From the NCBI GenBank assembly GCA_046539305.1, contig JBKHHE010000002.1, positions 35,928 to 99,927 of the forward strand: a stretch of 64,000 nucleotides of DNA, read 5' to 3'. Position numbers and translations under genes: made by a program. This stretch comes from Candidatus Aenigmatarchaeota archaeon (GTDB taxonomy: Archaea > Aenigmatarchaeota > Aenigmatarchaeia > PWEA01). Below are positions 37,009 to 46,715 of the stretch, one piece after another. The notes beneath the pieces were generated by a model. The model did not search any database and had not been told where the DNA came from. It worked only from the letters and a program-made list of their open reading frames with translations. Within the stretch, counting starts at the first letter, position 1, and every line of letters starts with the position of its first letter.

Positions 37009-39483
37009 ATGCCCTCAAAAATCGACAAAGTAGAGTTTGGAATCCTGTCGCCACAGCAGATAAAGGAGCTCGCAGTCGCAGAGATAAATAAGCCGGAGCT
37101 TTACGACAAAAGCGGTTACCCGGCGGAAGGCGGCGTTATGGATCCGAGAATGGGAGTAATAGATCCGGGTATGAAATGCAGGACATGTGGAGGAAGCATA
37201 GGAACATGCCAGGGACATTTCGGATACATCGATCTCTCAAGACCCGTGATACACGTCCGCTACGTTAAAACTATTTACAAGCTTCTGAGGGCCACCTGTC
37301 AGGAATGTCACGAACCACTTGCAGAGAAGGAAGAGCTGGAGGAAATGAACGATCCCCTCTACGAGCTGTACCTGAAGAAAAGAAGTAAATGCCCGCACTG
37401 CGACGCGGAACAGGACAAGGTGAAGAGGCAGAGGCCACACAACTTCACCCTGGGCGGCAAGCAGATGAACCCCAGAGAGATAAGGGAATGGTTTGAAGAC
37501 ATATCTGATGAAACCGTCGAAGAATTCGAACTGGAAGGTGGAAGGCCTGAATGGCTTATTCTGACCCTGCTACCCGTGCCCCCCGTCACTATGAGGCCCT
37601 CGATAACGCTTGAATCTAGCCAGAGGTCGGAGGACGACCTGACCCACAAACTAGTCGACCTTATAAGGATAAACCAGAGGCTTGCAGACAATATTGAGAT
37701 AGGAGCACCCGACTTCATAATAGATGACCTTTGGGAACTTCTACAGTATCATGTCTCCACCTTTTTCGACAACAACCTTTCAAGCGTCCCACAGGCCAGG
37801 CACAGAAGCGGTAGGGCGCTCAAGACTTTGGCGCAGAGACTCAAAAGCAAGGAAGGAAGGTTCCGTGGAAACCTTGCGGGGAAGCGTGTTGACTTCTCTT
37901 CGAGAACTGTAATTTCTCCCGACCCAGACATATCTATAAACGAGGTCGGGATTCCTGAAGAAATCGCAAAGGAAATAACCATACCCGAGAAAGTAAGAGA
38001 AGATAACTTTGATGAGCTCAAAAGGTTTGTCGAAAACGGACCCGAAGAGCATCCCGGCGCTAACTATCTTATAAGGCCTGACGGCGGAAAGAAAAAAATA
38101 ACTCCGGATAACTCCAGACAGATAGCCGAGGAACTGGAGACAGGGTTCACCGTGGAAAGGCATCTACAGGACGGGGATGTTACCCTCTTCAACAGGCAGC
38201 CTTCGCTCCATAGGATGAGTCTTATGGCTCACCGGGCAAGGATAATGCCCTGGAAAACGTTCAGAATCAATCTATGCGTGTGTGTTCCTTACAACGCCGA
38301 CTTTGATGGGGACGAGATGAATCTCCATGTCCCGCAGACGGCCGAGGCAAGAGCCGAAGCAGAAGAACTTATGCTTGTGCAGGAGAACCTTAGAAGCCCG
38401 AGGTTCGGCGGTCCTATAATAGGATGCACGCAGGACCATATCTCTGGTCTTTATATCTTGACGGATGACGGCGTAGAGTTTTCAAGGAAGGAGGCACAGG
38501 AACTGATAACTCAGGCCGGCAAGGAAGATGTCAGACTTGAAAGTGAAACCCTCACCGGTAAGGAGATTTTCTCCAGATTTTTACCTGACATCACTTTGGC
38601 CTTTGAATCAGAATCGGGGGAGGAGAAAGTTATTATAGAGGATGGTGAACTAAAAAAAGGCAGAATAGATGAAGCAGCGGTGGGTTCGTTCGCGGGCAAG
38701 ATAACGGAGAAAATAGAAAGGGGCTATGGAAGTGAAAGGGCCAAGGACTTCCTGAATCAGGTCAGCCGGCTTTCGCTCGAATACCTCAACAGAAGAGGAT
38801 TCAGCATAGGAGTTTCCGACGTCGACATTTCGGATAGCTCTCTCAAGGATATAGAAGATATAATTACGGACGCCGAGGATGAGGTTAAAGACCTTATAAA
38901 ATCCTTCGAAGAAGGCGAAACTGACCAGCTTCCTGGCCAGACCATGAAAGAATCCCTGGAGTCACATATAAACAGGAGACTTGGACAGGTCCAGAATACT
39001 GCAAACGAAGTTGTCACAGAAGACCTGCAGAGAGATAGTTCAGCAGTTGTAATGGCAAAGTCCGGCGCAAGGGGCGGTATGATACAGCTATCTCAGATAG
39101 CCGGGGTAGTAGGCCAGCAAACCTTGGAGGGTGAAAGGATACACCGGGGCTACAAGGACAGGACTCTGTCGTTGTTCGAAAGGGAAGAACTGTCGCCAGA
39201 AGCCCACGGATTCGTCCGCTCGTCTTTCAAGAAGGGGTTGTCGCCAGAAGAGTTCTACTTCCTTGTGATGAATGGAAGGGAAGGGTTAATGGATACCAGC
39301 CTGAGGACGAGGAAGAGTGGGTACATGGAGAGGAGACTTGTAAATGCTCTTCAGGACCTGAAGGTAGAAGTAGACGGAACCGTGAGAGATAATAGAAAGG
39401 TTATAATACAGTTCACCCCTGGCGAGGACGGTGTGGACCCCGCAAAAAGCAAGGAAGGTGAGGTCCCGGTTGAATTAAAGTGA
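37009..39483 (+). CDS. rpoA1: DNA-directed RNA polymerase subunit A'
   Basis: RpoA' homology (zinc motif CRTCGGSIGTCQGHFG; NADFDGDEMN catalytic motif). Confidence 0.95.
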   Translation: MPSKIDKVEFGILSPQQIKELAVAEINKPELYDKSGYPAEGGVMDPRMGVIDPGMKCRTCGGSIGTCQGHFGYIDLSRPVIHVRYVKTIYKLLRATCQECHEPLAEKEELEEMNDPLYELYLKKRSKCPHCDAEQDKVKRQRPHNFTLGGKQMNPREIREWFEDISDETVEEFELEGGRPEWLILTLLPVPPVTMRPSITLESSQRSEDDLTHKLVDLIRINQRLADNIEIGAPDFIIDDLWELLQYHVSTFFDNNLSSVPQARHRSGRALKTLAQRLKSKEGRFRGNLAGKRVDFSSRTVISPDPDISINEVGIPEEIAKEITIPEKVREDNFDELKRFVENGPEEHPGANYLIRPDGGKKKITPDNSRQIAEELETGFTVERHLQDGDVTLFNRQPSLHRMSLMAHRARIMPWKTFRINLCVCVPYNADFDGDEMNLHVPQTAEARAEAEELMLVQENLRSPRFGGPIIGCTQDHISGLYILTDDGVEFSRKEAQELITQAGKEDVRLESETLTGKEIFSRFLPDITLAFESESGEEKVIIEDGELKKGRIDEAAVGSFAGKITEKIERGYGSERAKDFLNQVSRLSLEYLNRRGFSIGVSDVDISDSSLKDIEDIITDAEDEVKDLIKSFEEGETDQLPGQTMKESLESHINRRLGQVQNTANEVVTEDLQRDSSAVVMAKSGARGGMIQLSQIAGVVGQQTLEGERIHRGYKDRTLSLFEREELSPEAHGFVRSSFKKGLSPEEFYFLVMNGREGLMDTSLRTRKSGYMERRLVNALQDLKVEVDGTVRDNRKVIIQFTPGEDGVDPAKSKEGEVPVELK

Positions 39484-39487
39484 TAAG

Positions 39488-40639
39488 ATGGACTACGAGG
39501 AAAAGGTAAAGGAACTGGAAGGTGAACTCCCGAAGACTGTGAGGAGTAAACTCCTGGAAAAGATGGAAGAAGAGGAACTGAACAAGACAGAAGTCGAGGA
39601 GCTTATAGAAAGAACCAAAAAATCTTACAGGGAAATGAGATACGATCCCGGGGAACCGATAGGCGTAGTCGCCGCGCAGTCCATATCGGAGCCGGCCACC
39701 CAGATGACTATGCGTACCTACCATGTTGCAGGAGCTGCAGGAGGCGTAGAAATCACCCAGGGCCTGCCGCGCCTAATCGAAGTTGTGGACGCGAGGAAGA
39801 CCATAAAGACGCCATCGATGGATATATATCTGGAGGAAGACTATCAGACGGAGGAAGGAGCCAGGGAAGTTGCAGGGAGAGTCAGAGAAACGAAACTCAA
39901 GGACCTCATCAGTGAAGACAGAATAGACCTTCTCAACCTTGTAATTGAGGTGGAGGTGAATAAAGGATCTTTGGAAGATATTGGCATGGAAACGGAGGAA
40001 ATCGTCAATAAGCTTAACAAGGGAAGAGGCAAATACGAGGTGGAGGCCGAAGACAATCTTCTAAAAGTGGTACCGAAGGACGATGATATATCTGTAAGAG
40101 ATCTCCAGAAGATGAAAAACAAAATCCTGGACAAGCACCTGAAGGGTATAAAGAAAATCCCTCAGGCGGTAGTCAGTGAAGAGGAAGGTGAATGGAAAAT
40201 ACAGACGCTTGGAACCAACCTGAAAAAGGTCTTAAAGGTCGAAGGTGTAGATCCAACTAGAACAGTTTCCGCAGATCCCAGGGAAATGGAAAAGGTGTTT
40301 GGAATAGAGGCCTCCAGAAAAACTATACTTAAGGAGGCTCACAAAACTATTCAGGAACAGGGTCTGGATGTGGACATAAGACATATAATGCTGGTGGCGG
40401 ACACCATGACCGTGGACGGAGAGATAAAAGCGATAGGAAGGTACGGTGTGGCTGGAGAGAAGGGCTCCGTTCTGGCCAGGGCTAGCTTCGAAGTGACTGT
40501 GAGACACTTGACCGAGGCCTCTATCAAAGGCGAGGTGGACGAACTCAATTCTACCGTGGAAAACGTGATAATAAATCAGACAGTACCCGTAGGCACCGGA
40601 ATGTACGACGTGGTCTACGAGCCGCCAACAGGGGAATAA
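39488..40639 (+). CDS. rpoA2: DNA-directed RNA polymerase subunit A''
   Basis: RpoA'' homology. Confidence 0.93.
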   Translation: MDYEEKVKELEGELPKTVRSKLLEKMEEEELNKTEVEELIERTKKSYREMRYDPGEPIGVVAAQSISEPATQMTMRTYHVAGAAGGVEITQGLPRLIEVVDARKTIKTPSMDIYLEEDYQTEEGAREVAGRVRETKLKDLISEDRIDLLNLVIEVEVNKGSLEDIGMETEEIVNKLNKGRGKYEVEAEDNLLKVVPKDDDISVRDLQKMKNKILDKHLKGIKKIPQAVVSEEEGEWKIQTLGTNLKKVLKVEGVDPTRTVSADPREMEKVFGIEASRKTILKEAHKTIQEQGLDVDIRHIMLVADTMTVDGEIKAIGRYGVAGEKGSVLARASFEVTVRHLTEASIKGEVDELNSTVENVIINQTVPVGTGMYDVVYEPPTGE

Positions 40640-40640
40640 G

Positions 40641-41045
40641 ATGAAGAAAAAGTTCGACAAGGAGGCGATCCAAGCAATAAATCTCTTTGAAGAAGAAACC
40701 GGTGTGGAGGTCAAGGACTTTATCCAGGACGAGGAATCGGCCTACTTCCTTGTAGAGAAGGGAAAGGCAGGGCTCGCAATAGGCAAGAACGGCAAGAATA
40801 TAAAGAAAATCGGTAAGATGCTTGGGAAACGCATAAAGGTATTTGAATACGAGGGCGATGAAAAGAAACTAATAGAAAATATGGTAATGGAATCAAACTC
40901 GGTCAAAATAGATGGTCAAACAGCCCTCGTAGACGTGGACAGCGGCGATCGGGGAAAGGTCATAGGCAGCAACGGAAGCAACATCGAAAAGGTTCGAACC
41001 CTTCTCAGAAGGAACAGTAATCTTGAAGAACTCAGGTTGAAGTAA
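40641..41045 (+). CDS. nusA: NusA-like KH-domain transcription termination/antitermination protein
   Basis: Two KH motifs (IGKNGKNIKKIG, IGSNGSNIEKV); canonical position after rpoA''. Confidence 0.85.
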   Translation: MKKKFDKEAIQAINLFEEETGVEVKDFIQDEESAYFLVEKGKAGLAIGKNGKNIKKIGKMLGKRIKVFEYEGDEKKLIENMVMESNSVKIDGQTALVDVDSGDRGKVIGSNGSNIEKVRTLLRRNSNLEELRLK

Positions 41046-41086
41046 TGGAAAGTTTTATATTTTTCTATAGACCAAAACCCTTCCGT

Positions 41087-41208
41087 GGGCCTGTAGCTCA
41101 GTCTGGGAGAGCGCTAGGCTCTTAACTTTTAAGAGCGCGTAATGGGACCGGTCGGTCCTTATGACGAAAGAAACCTAGAAGTCGCGGGTTCAAATCCCGT
41201 CGGGCCCA
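41087..41208 (+). tRNA. tRNA-Lys (anticodon CTT) with about a 48-nt intron at 37/38
   Basis: GGGCCTG-TA-GCTC-AGTCTGGGA-GAGC-G-CTAGG-CTCTTA[intron]A-CCTAG-AAGTC-GCGGG-TTCAAAT-CCCGT-CGGGCCC-A. Confidence 0.75.
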
Positions 41209-41355
41209 TTTAAGACTTTGTGTTTGTAAACATTCATATGGTAAAATCGACGAAAGATTTGGATGAAACCTTTGGGAAGAAGAATCTTCCCAATACTTGG
41301 AACTCGGTTCCAATATTTTCTAAAGGTTTCTTCCTGGATCCCGTCGGGCCCATAA
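41209..41355 (+). repeat. Second identical copy of the 147-bp tRNA-Lys-associated element with the 16-bp terminal direct repeat
   Basis: Identical to 33192-33338 over its full length; flanking sequence diverges immediately after ...GGGCCCATAA. Confidence 0.8.
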
Positions 41356-41364
41356 ATTTAGTTT

Positions 41365-41619
41365 TTAAAGAAGTGAAACGTTTTCCACGGTAACGGAGGT
41401 AACTCCCTTCATATCGGATATATAGTTTTCTATATCGTCCGTACCACCCTCATCCTCGTCCCGAACTATGAGAAGTTTGAGTGCAGTCAGCCCAAAGCCT
41501 ATCTCCTCGGTGTCGGAGTCCTCAACGGGGAACTCCCCTGCTATCTTCTCTGTGAGGTTTTCCAGATCCACGTCCGTTCCGTCCGGGGTTACTTTAAGTG
41601 ATATTGCTACGTCGCCCAT
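41365..41619 (-). CDS. Elongation factor 1-beta (aEF-1beta)
   Basis: MGDVAISLKVTPDGTDVDLE...FGLTALKLLIVRDEDEGGTD pattern typical of archaeal EF-1beta. Confidence 0.8.
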   Translation of the reverse strand: MGDVAISLKVTPDGTDVDLENLTEKIAGEFPVEDSDTEEIGFGLTALKLLIVRDEDEGGTDDIENYISDMKGVTSVTVENVSLL

Positions 41620-41623
41620 CCTA

Positions 41624-41809
41624 TCAGTCCTTTCTTTTCCCCGTCACTTTCTTGTTTTTCCAGCTCTCGTTCTTTATCTTCTTTGTCTTTCCGAAACCGC
41701 AGGCAGTGCAATACCCCTTGGATCGGTTGAAAGACTTTTTGCCGCATCTTCTACAGATTCCATGGGTCTGCTTCTTCTTTTTTCCTGCGGATGGTGTACC
41801 CTTTGTCAT
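41624..41809 (-). CDS. rpl37e: 50S ribosomal protein L37e (C4 zinc)
   Basis: [27 protein letters not shown]...CTACG; adjacent to LSm as conserved in archaea. Confidence 0.85.
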   Translation of the reverse strand: MTKGTPSAGKKKKQTHGICRRCGKKSFNRSKGYCTACGFGKTKKIKNESWKNKKVTGKRKD

Positions 41810-41836
41810 TCCAAAACACCTCACGAAGCAACGGTC

Positions 41837-42067
41837 CTAGGCTGGAGAGGCAAAGATGACGTTGTCTCCTCGGACTACGATGGTTCCAAGCTTGGTCTTG
41901 CTCCCATCTTCTTCGACTCTTTCTGCGTTCTCCAGCCAGAGATTGAGATGCAGGTCAAAAGCCACGAGCTTCCCTGCGACCTTTTCACCGTTCTTGAGGT
42001 TCGCTATTATTCTCTCATCTCTGGCGTTTTCCAGCGCATCTAGCGGCCTTTTACCATTTTCCCCCAT
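41837..42067 (-). CDS. Sm-like protein (archaeal LSm/SmAP)
   Basis: Sm1/Sm2 motifs (...GKLVAFDLHLNLWLENA...IVVRGDNVIF). Confidence 0.85.
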   Translation of the reverse strand: MGENGKRPLDALENARDERIIANLKNGEKVAGKLVAFDLHLNLWLENAERVEEDGSKTKLGTIVVRGDNVIFASPA

Positions 42068-42195
42068 GCTACCACGTTGTTTTTTATTGAAATACTATTT
42101 AAAGGTATGGGTCAAAACTTGAAAGGGAACCTTTTCAAACCTAAAGTCTTTCAACTTTTAAGATATTTAAATGATGAGGCTAAATCTGTGAGGAT

Positions 42196-42576
42196 ATGTG
42201 GCAAGGAAAATCCAGAAGAAACATCTCCGGTGGAAGGAGAAAGACGAAAAGGAAGAGAAGGAAATACGAGCTTGGAAGAGAAACATTGTTCTGCAAAGTT
42301 TCGGACTCGGACACCCAGAAAAAGATAGATGTAAGAGGGAAGACGGATAAGATTAGAGCCAAAAAGGCTTCAAAGGTCAATGTCACTGATCCAGAGACGG
42401 GAAAGACTTCAACCGAGAAAATAGAGGACGTTCTGAAGACCCCCGCCAATCCCCATTTTGTAAGGAGAAATGTTGTAACGAAGGGTACAGTAGTAAAAAC
42501 GAGCGGGGGAAAAGCAAAAATCACATCAAGGCCAGGTCAGGACGGCCAAATAAACGCTATAAAGGTAGAGGACTAA
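42196..42576 (+). CDS. rps8e: 30S ribosomal protein S8e
   Basis: MWQGKSRRNISGGRRK... S8e N-terminus. Confidence 0.85.
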   Translation: MWQGKSRRNISGGRRKTKRKRRKYELGRETLFCKVSDSDTQKKIDVRGKTDKIRAKKASKVNVTDPETGKTSTEKIEDVLKTPANPHFVRRNVVTKGTVVKTSGGKAKITSRPGQDGQINAIKVED

Positions 42577-43172
42577 CTTCTCTCGAACCTATAGAGCGTA
42601 ACCTTGATAGTTCTGAGGTCCTCATCGTGCCAAGGCATGGTCCTGCTCAGAGGGAATTTCAACCTTTCCTTGAAGGCAATCCTCCCGCCCAGATCTTTCA
42701 CGTATTCTTTGACAAACTCCTCCGTCTCGCTCATGTGGAATGAATAGACGGTGGGAGCTATTTCCAGAGATTTTCGGATGAAGGGTCGGTCGTTTCCTTT
42801 TTTCTGGGAACCGAATGGGGGGTTCTGTACCACCAGATCGGCTTCGGCCCTGAATTCACCGATTTCGGAGGCTTCAAATTCGACGGTTACATCAAGCCTC
42901 TCGGCGTTTTTCCTCGCCGTTTCAATAGCGCCTTCATCCACGTCCACTCCAACCACCTCCGAGGCGCCCAGGAGCTTTGCCCCTATGGCCAGGGTCCCGG
43001 TCCCGCATCCCAGATCACATACCTTCTTTCCTTTGATTTCGCCGCTCATATAGGCCTTCCACAGGAGTGTCGAAGCTATCCTTGCAGGAGTCCGATACTG
43101 CTCTAAAACAGCCTTTGGCTCAGAAAACCCTTCCAGCTTCTGCAGCTTCATCTCAAGCTCCTTCCTGTCCAT
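42573..43172 (-). CDS. Class I SAM-dependent methyltransferase, METTL5-like (NPPFG motif; probable rRNA/N6-adenine methyltransferase)
   Basis: VCDLGCGTGTLAIGA (motif I) and VVQNPPFGSQ (motif IV). Confidence 0.75.
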   Translation of the reverse strand: MDRKELEMKLQKLEGFSEPKAVLEQYRTPARIASTLLWKAYMSGEIKGKKVCDLGCGTGTLAIGAKLLGASEVVGVDVDEGAIETARKNAERLDVTVEFEASEIGEFRAEADLVVQNPPFGSQKKGNDRPFIRKSLEIAPTVYSFHMSETEEFVKEYVKDLGGRIAFKERLKFPLSRTMPWHDEDLRTIKVTLYRFERS

Positions 43173-43377
43173 ACCACCAACTATTAAATGCTTATTTTTA
43201 AATAATGGAAAACAGTTTTCGTTATAAGGTCTCGTATGTCCGCGAGAATACTTGGGGGTATAGATATACTGGGGGGTTTCCTACTAGTTCTGTCCAGAGT
43301 CCAGTATCCGAGGTTTGGTATCATTTTCCTGGGCCTGATTCTGATTGGAAGGGGTATATTCTCCTTACTGTGATACA

Positions 43378-43935
43378 ATGCTCCCTAGAAAATTTTATTT
43401 GAGGGACTCCTCGGAGGTTGCAAAGGACCTCCTGGGCAAGGTTCTTACGAGGGATGGGATAAAGGGAAGGATAGTGGAGACCGAAGCATACTACGGAGAG
43501 GGGGATCCCGCATCACACGCCTGCAACGGAAGGACAGAAAGAAATGAACCGATGTTCGGAGAAGCAGGAAGGACCTATATTTATCTTTGCTACGGTATCT
43601 ACTACCTTCTAAACGTGACCACCGAGGAAGAGGGAAGCCCCGGAGCGGTCCTCATAAGGGCTCTGGAACCAAGGGAGGGTGTGGGAAAAATGAGAGAAAA
43701 TCGAGGCGTGGAAGAGAAAGAGGAGCTTACAAACGGTCCTGGAAAGCTGACCCAGGCGCTAAACATAACCAAAGAATACAACGACCAGGACGTTACCAAG
43801 AGTAGCTCTGATATAAGGATCTGTGAAGGAGAAGAAGTAGAAGAGATGGGGTCCAGCAAGAGGACTGGCGTAAGTGAACACCACAACAAAGAGCTTCGTT
43901 TCTTTGATAAAAACTCGGAATATATCAGCGGATAA
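43378..43935 (+). CDS. DNA-3-methyladenine glycosylase (Mpg/AAG family)
   Basis: GRIVETEAYYGEGDPASHACNGRTERNEPMFGEAG motif cluster typical of MPG; start taken at the internal ATG 43378. Confidence 0.75.
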   Translation: MLPRKFYLRDSSEVAKDLLGKVLTRDGIKGRIVETEAYYGEGDPASHACNGRTERNEPMFGEAGRTYIYLCYGIYYLLNVTTEEEGSPGAVLIRALEPREGVGKMRENRGVEEKEELTNGPGKLTQALNITKEYNDQDVTKSSSDIRICEGEEVEEMGSSKRTGVSEHHNKELRFFDKNSEYISG

Positions 43936-43965
43936 ATTTTTAAATCATAGCTGTTTATTTATAGT

Positions 43966-45576
43966 ATGCAGGGGACAAAGTGGGTTTTCATTTCTGGAGG
44001 CGTGCTTTCCGGCCTGGGTAAAGGGCTGGTATCCGCTTCCATCGGAAAGTTCCTTCAGACAAGGGGTCACAAAGTTGTTCCTATAAAATGCGACGGCTAC
44101 CTCAACGTTGACCCCGGAACGATGAACCCTATAGAACATGGTGAGGTTTTCGTGCTGGAAGATGGTGGTGAGGTGGATATGGACTTCGGACACTACGAAA
44201 GGTTCCTTGGTATAAATGGGAAATTTACCTGGAACCTGACCTCGGGTAAGATCTTTCAGTCTGTGATAAAGAAGGAACGTGCAGGAGAATACTTAGGTAA
44301 TACCGTCCAGATGATACCACATGTCACGGACGAGATAAAGGAGAGGTTGGAAAGGGTTGGGGAGAAGGAGAAAGCAGAGGTCGTACTGGTCGAGGTAGGG
44401 GGCACGGTCGGTGACATGGAGAACATGATCTTTCTGGAAGCGATAAGGCAGATGAGGAGTGAACTTCCGGGGGAACAGACCTGTCTCATACATGTGACAC
44501 TCGTACCGTGGCTTGAAACGGTCGGAGAACAGAAAACGAAGCCTACACAGCACTCGGTCAAAGAACTACAGAGGCTAGGACTTGAAGCGGATATAATAGT
44601 TGGAAGGGCGGAGAAGAGGTTAGAAGAAAAAGTCAAAGAGAAGATAGCTCTCTTTTGTGACGTGCCGAAAGACCATGTAATATCAAATCCCGATGTGGAG
44701 GATGTCTACAGAATACCCCTGAGCCTTATGGAGGATGGAGCGGACGAAGTAGTATCAGAGGAGCTTGGTCTGGAAAACAAGGAAAGTGATATGGAAGACT
44801 GGAAACAACTGGTGGAAAGGATGGAAGATCCTGAGGAAGAAATTAATGTGGTTATATGTGGCAAATACACCAAACTGGAAGATTCCTATATCTCCATAAT
44901 GGAAGCCCTCAAACACTGCTCCGCCCACCTGAGCTGTGGAGTGAACTACAGGTTCCTGGAGACGACTAAAATCGAGAAAGGTGAAAAAGACGTGGAGGAA
45001 GTATTAAAAAATACAGAAGGAGTGATAATACCTGGGGGGTTTGGAAAACGGGGCACAGAGGGAAAGATAAAGGTAGCGGAGTTCTGTCGGGAAAATAAAA
45101 TATCCATACTCGGTCTCTGTTATGGGCTTCAGCTTATGGTGGCGGAGTTCGCTAGAAACAAATGTGGGCTGGAAGGGGCCAATTCTACGGAGATCGACGA
45201 AGACACACCACATCCGATTATAGACCTTATCCCCGAACAGAAGAGTGTAGAGGCGAAAGGCGGGACCATGAGACTGGGAGGTCAAGTGACGAAAATAAAG
45301 GAAAACTCGATGGCACACGAAATATACGGACAAGAGGAGATAAAAGAAAGGTTCAGACACAGATACGAGATAAACCCCGAATATCACTCTCGCCTAGAAG
45401 AAAACGGATTGAAGCTTACCGGAGTGGCGAAGAAGGAAAAACATATAGTTCAGACAGTCGAGCTGGAAGACCATCCATTCTACTTTGGTACGCAGTTCCA
45501 TCCCGAATTCACTTCAAAGTTCGAAAGGCCGAACCCTGTTTTCATGGAGTTCGTCAAATCCTGCAGAGAGAGGTAA
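43966..45576 (+). CDS. pyrG: CTP synthase
   Basis: Full-length PyrG: N-terminal synthetase (KWVFISGGVLSGLGKG) and C-terminal glutamine amidotransferase (GLCYGLQ, HPEF). Confidence 0.95.
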   Translation: MQGTKWVFISGGVLSGLGKGLVSASIGKFLQTRGHKVVPIKCDGYLNVDPGTMNPIEHGEVFVLEDGGEVDMDFGHYERFLGINGKFTWNLTSGKIFQSVIKKERAGEYLGNTVQMIPHVTDEIKERLERVGEKEKAEVVLVEVGGTVGDMENMIFLEAIRQMRSELPGEQTCLIHVTLVPWLETVGEQKTKPTQHSVKELQRLGLEADIIVGRAEKRLEEKVKEKIALFCDVPKDHVISNPDVEDVYRIPLSLMEDGADEVVSEELGLENKESDMEDWKQLVERMEDPEEEINVVICGKYTKLEDSYISIMEALKHCSAHLSCGVNYRFLETTKIEKGEKDVEEVLKNTEGVIIPGGFGKRGTEGKIKVAEFCRENKISILGLCYGLQLMVAEFARNKCGLEGANSTEIDEDTPHPIIDLIPEQKSVEAKGGTMRLGGQVTKIKENSMAHEIYGQEEIKERFRHRYEINPEYHSRLEENGLKLTGVAKKEKHIVQTVELEDHPFYFGTQFHPEFTSKFERPNPVFMEFVKSCRER

Positions 45577-45582
45577 TCCTCA

Positions 45583-46715
45583 TGGAAGCGGACTGGATAT
45601 TGATACGTTACGGTGAAATAGGCCTGAAAAGCGATCACGTTAGAAGAAGCTTTGAGGACAGACTTATCCATAACATTCACGAGGGCCTGAAATCCAAGGA
45701 AATCAAGGAAAACATAAAAAGGGGGTATGGAAGAATATTTGTAAACACCAAAGAAGTCGAACGGGCCTCTGAGGTCCTGAAAAGGACCTTTGGAATAGTT
45801 AGCTTCTCCCCCTGCGAAAAAATGGATGCAAGCTTTGAAAAAATAACGGAGAGGCTGGCTGAAGTCGGGGAGGAAAATATAGAAAGTGGGGAAAGCTTCG
45901 CTGTCAGGGTAAGGAGGACGGGCAGCCATGACTTTAGCTCCAAAGACGTAGAAGAAGTTGCTGGAGCTAAAATACTAAAAAGGGTAGAAGCAGAGGTAGA
46001 CCTCGACGAACCCGATAAAAAGATCATGGCGGAGGTCAGACAAGGGCAGTGTTATATCTTCACAGATAAGATAGAAGGGCCTGGGGGGCTACCGCTCGGC
46101 ACACAGGGAAAGGTGGTTTCCCTTCTAAAGGGAGGGTATAAATCGTTTCTGGCAACCTGGCTTATGATGAAGAGGGGGTGTTCAGTCGTGGCTTTACATG
46201 GGAACCTCGGGCCTTATGCCCAAGGAGGGGGAAGTGGAGAAGTTGTGAAGGAGCTCAGAAAATGGAGCCATGGGTCGCCTGTGGAAGCGCTAGAATTTGA
46301 CCATAGCGATAATATTTTCACATTTTCCGAGGAGGGAAAAAGGGGGATGACCTGCGTGCTTTGTAAAAGGTTTCTGTACAGGCTCGCGTCCAAAGTTGCA
46401 GATAAAAGGAACGCCAAGGCCGTAATATCCGGTGAGTCTATTGGAAACAACCTAAAGAGAATGAGTGCAACTGATTCAGTCAGTGACCTCCCCATTATAA
46501 GACCTCTTGTAGGTCTTGGAAGAGAAAAAATAAAGAAAAAATGCAGGGAAATTACGGGAAGACAGTTTACCAAACCGGGCTGCGAGGCCGAGGACAGTGG
46601 TATTTCGGAGTTCACGGAGGAAGAGCTGAAAGAAGTTGAGAGTGAAACTGACGTTGAAAATATGATAGAAGAAAAGTCGGATGAGGTGCTTGAGGTTGAA
46701 GATACCCAATCCTGA
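45583..46715 (+). CDS. thiI: tRNA 4-thiouridine synthase ThiI-like (THUMP + PP-loop domain; PP-loop looks degenerate: KGGYKS)
   Basis: MEADWILIRYGEIGLKS N-terminus; THUMP; C-terminal GESIGNNLKRMSATDS motif; start taken at ATG 45583 after the pyrG stop. Confidence 0.75.

Noticed and set aside
42077-42195. Possible C/D-box sRNA in the LSm/S8e intergenic region (TGATGA present)
   Set aside because: A C-box-like TGATGA is present but no matching D box (CTGA) or terminal stem at the right spacing was found. It more likely marks divergent promoters (two TATTTAAA boxes).
45162-45582. N-terminal 140-codon extension of the thiI ORF (the ORF track starts at 45162)
   Set aside because: The extension overlaps the 3' end of pyrG in another frame. 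ThiI homology begins at MEADWILIRYG (ATG 45583), right after the pyrG stop.
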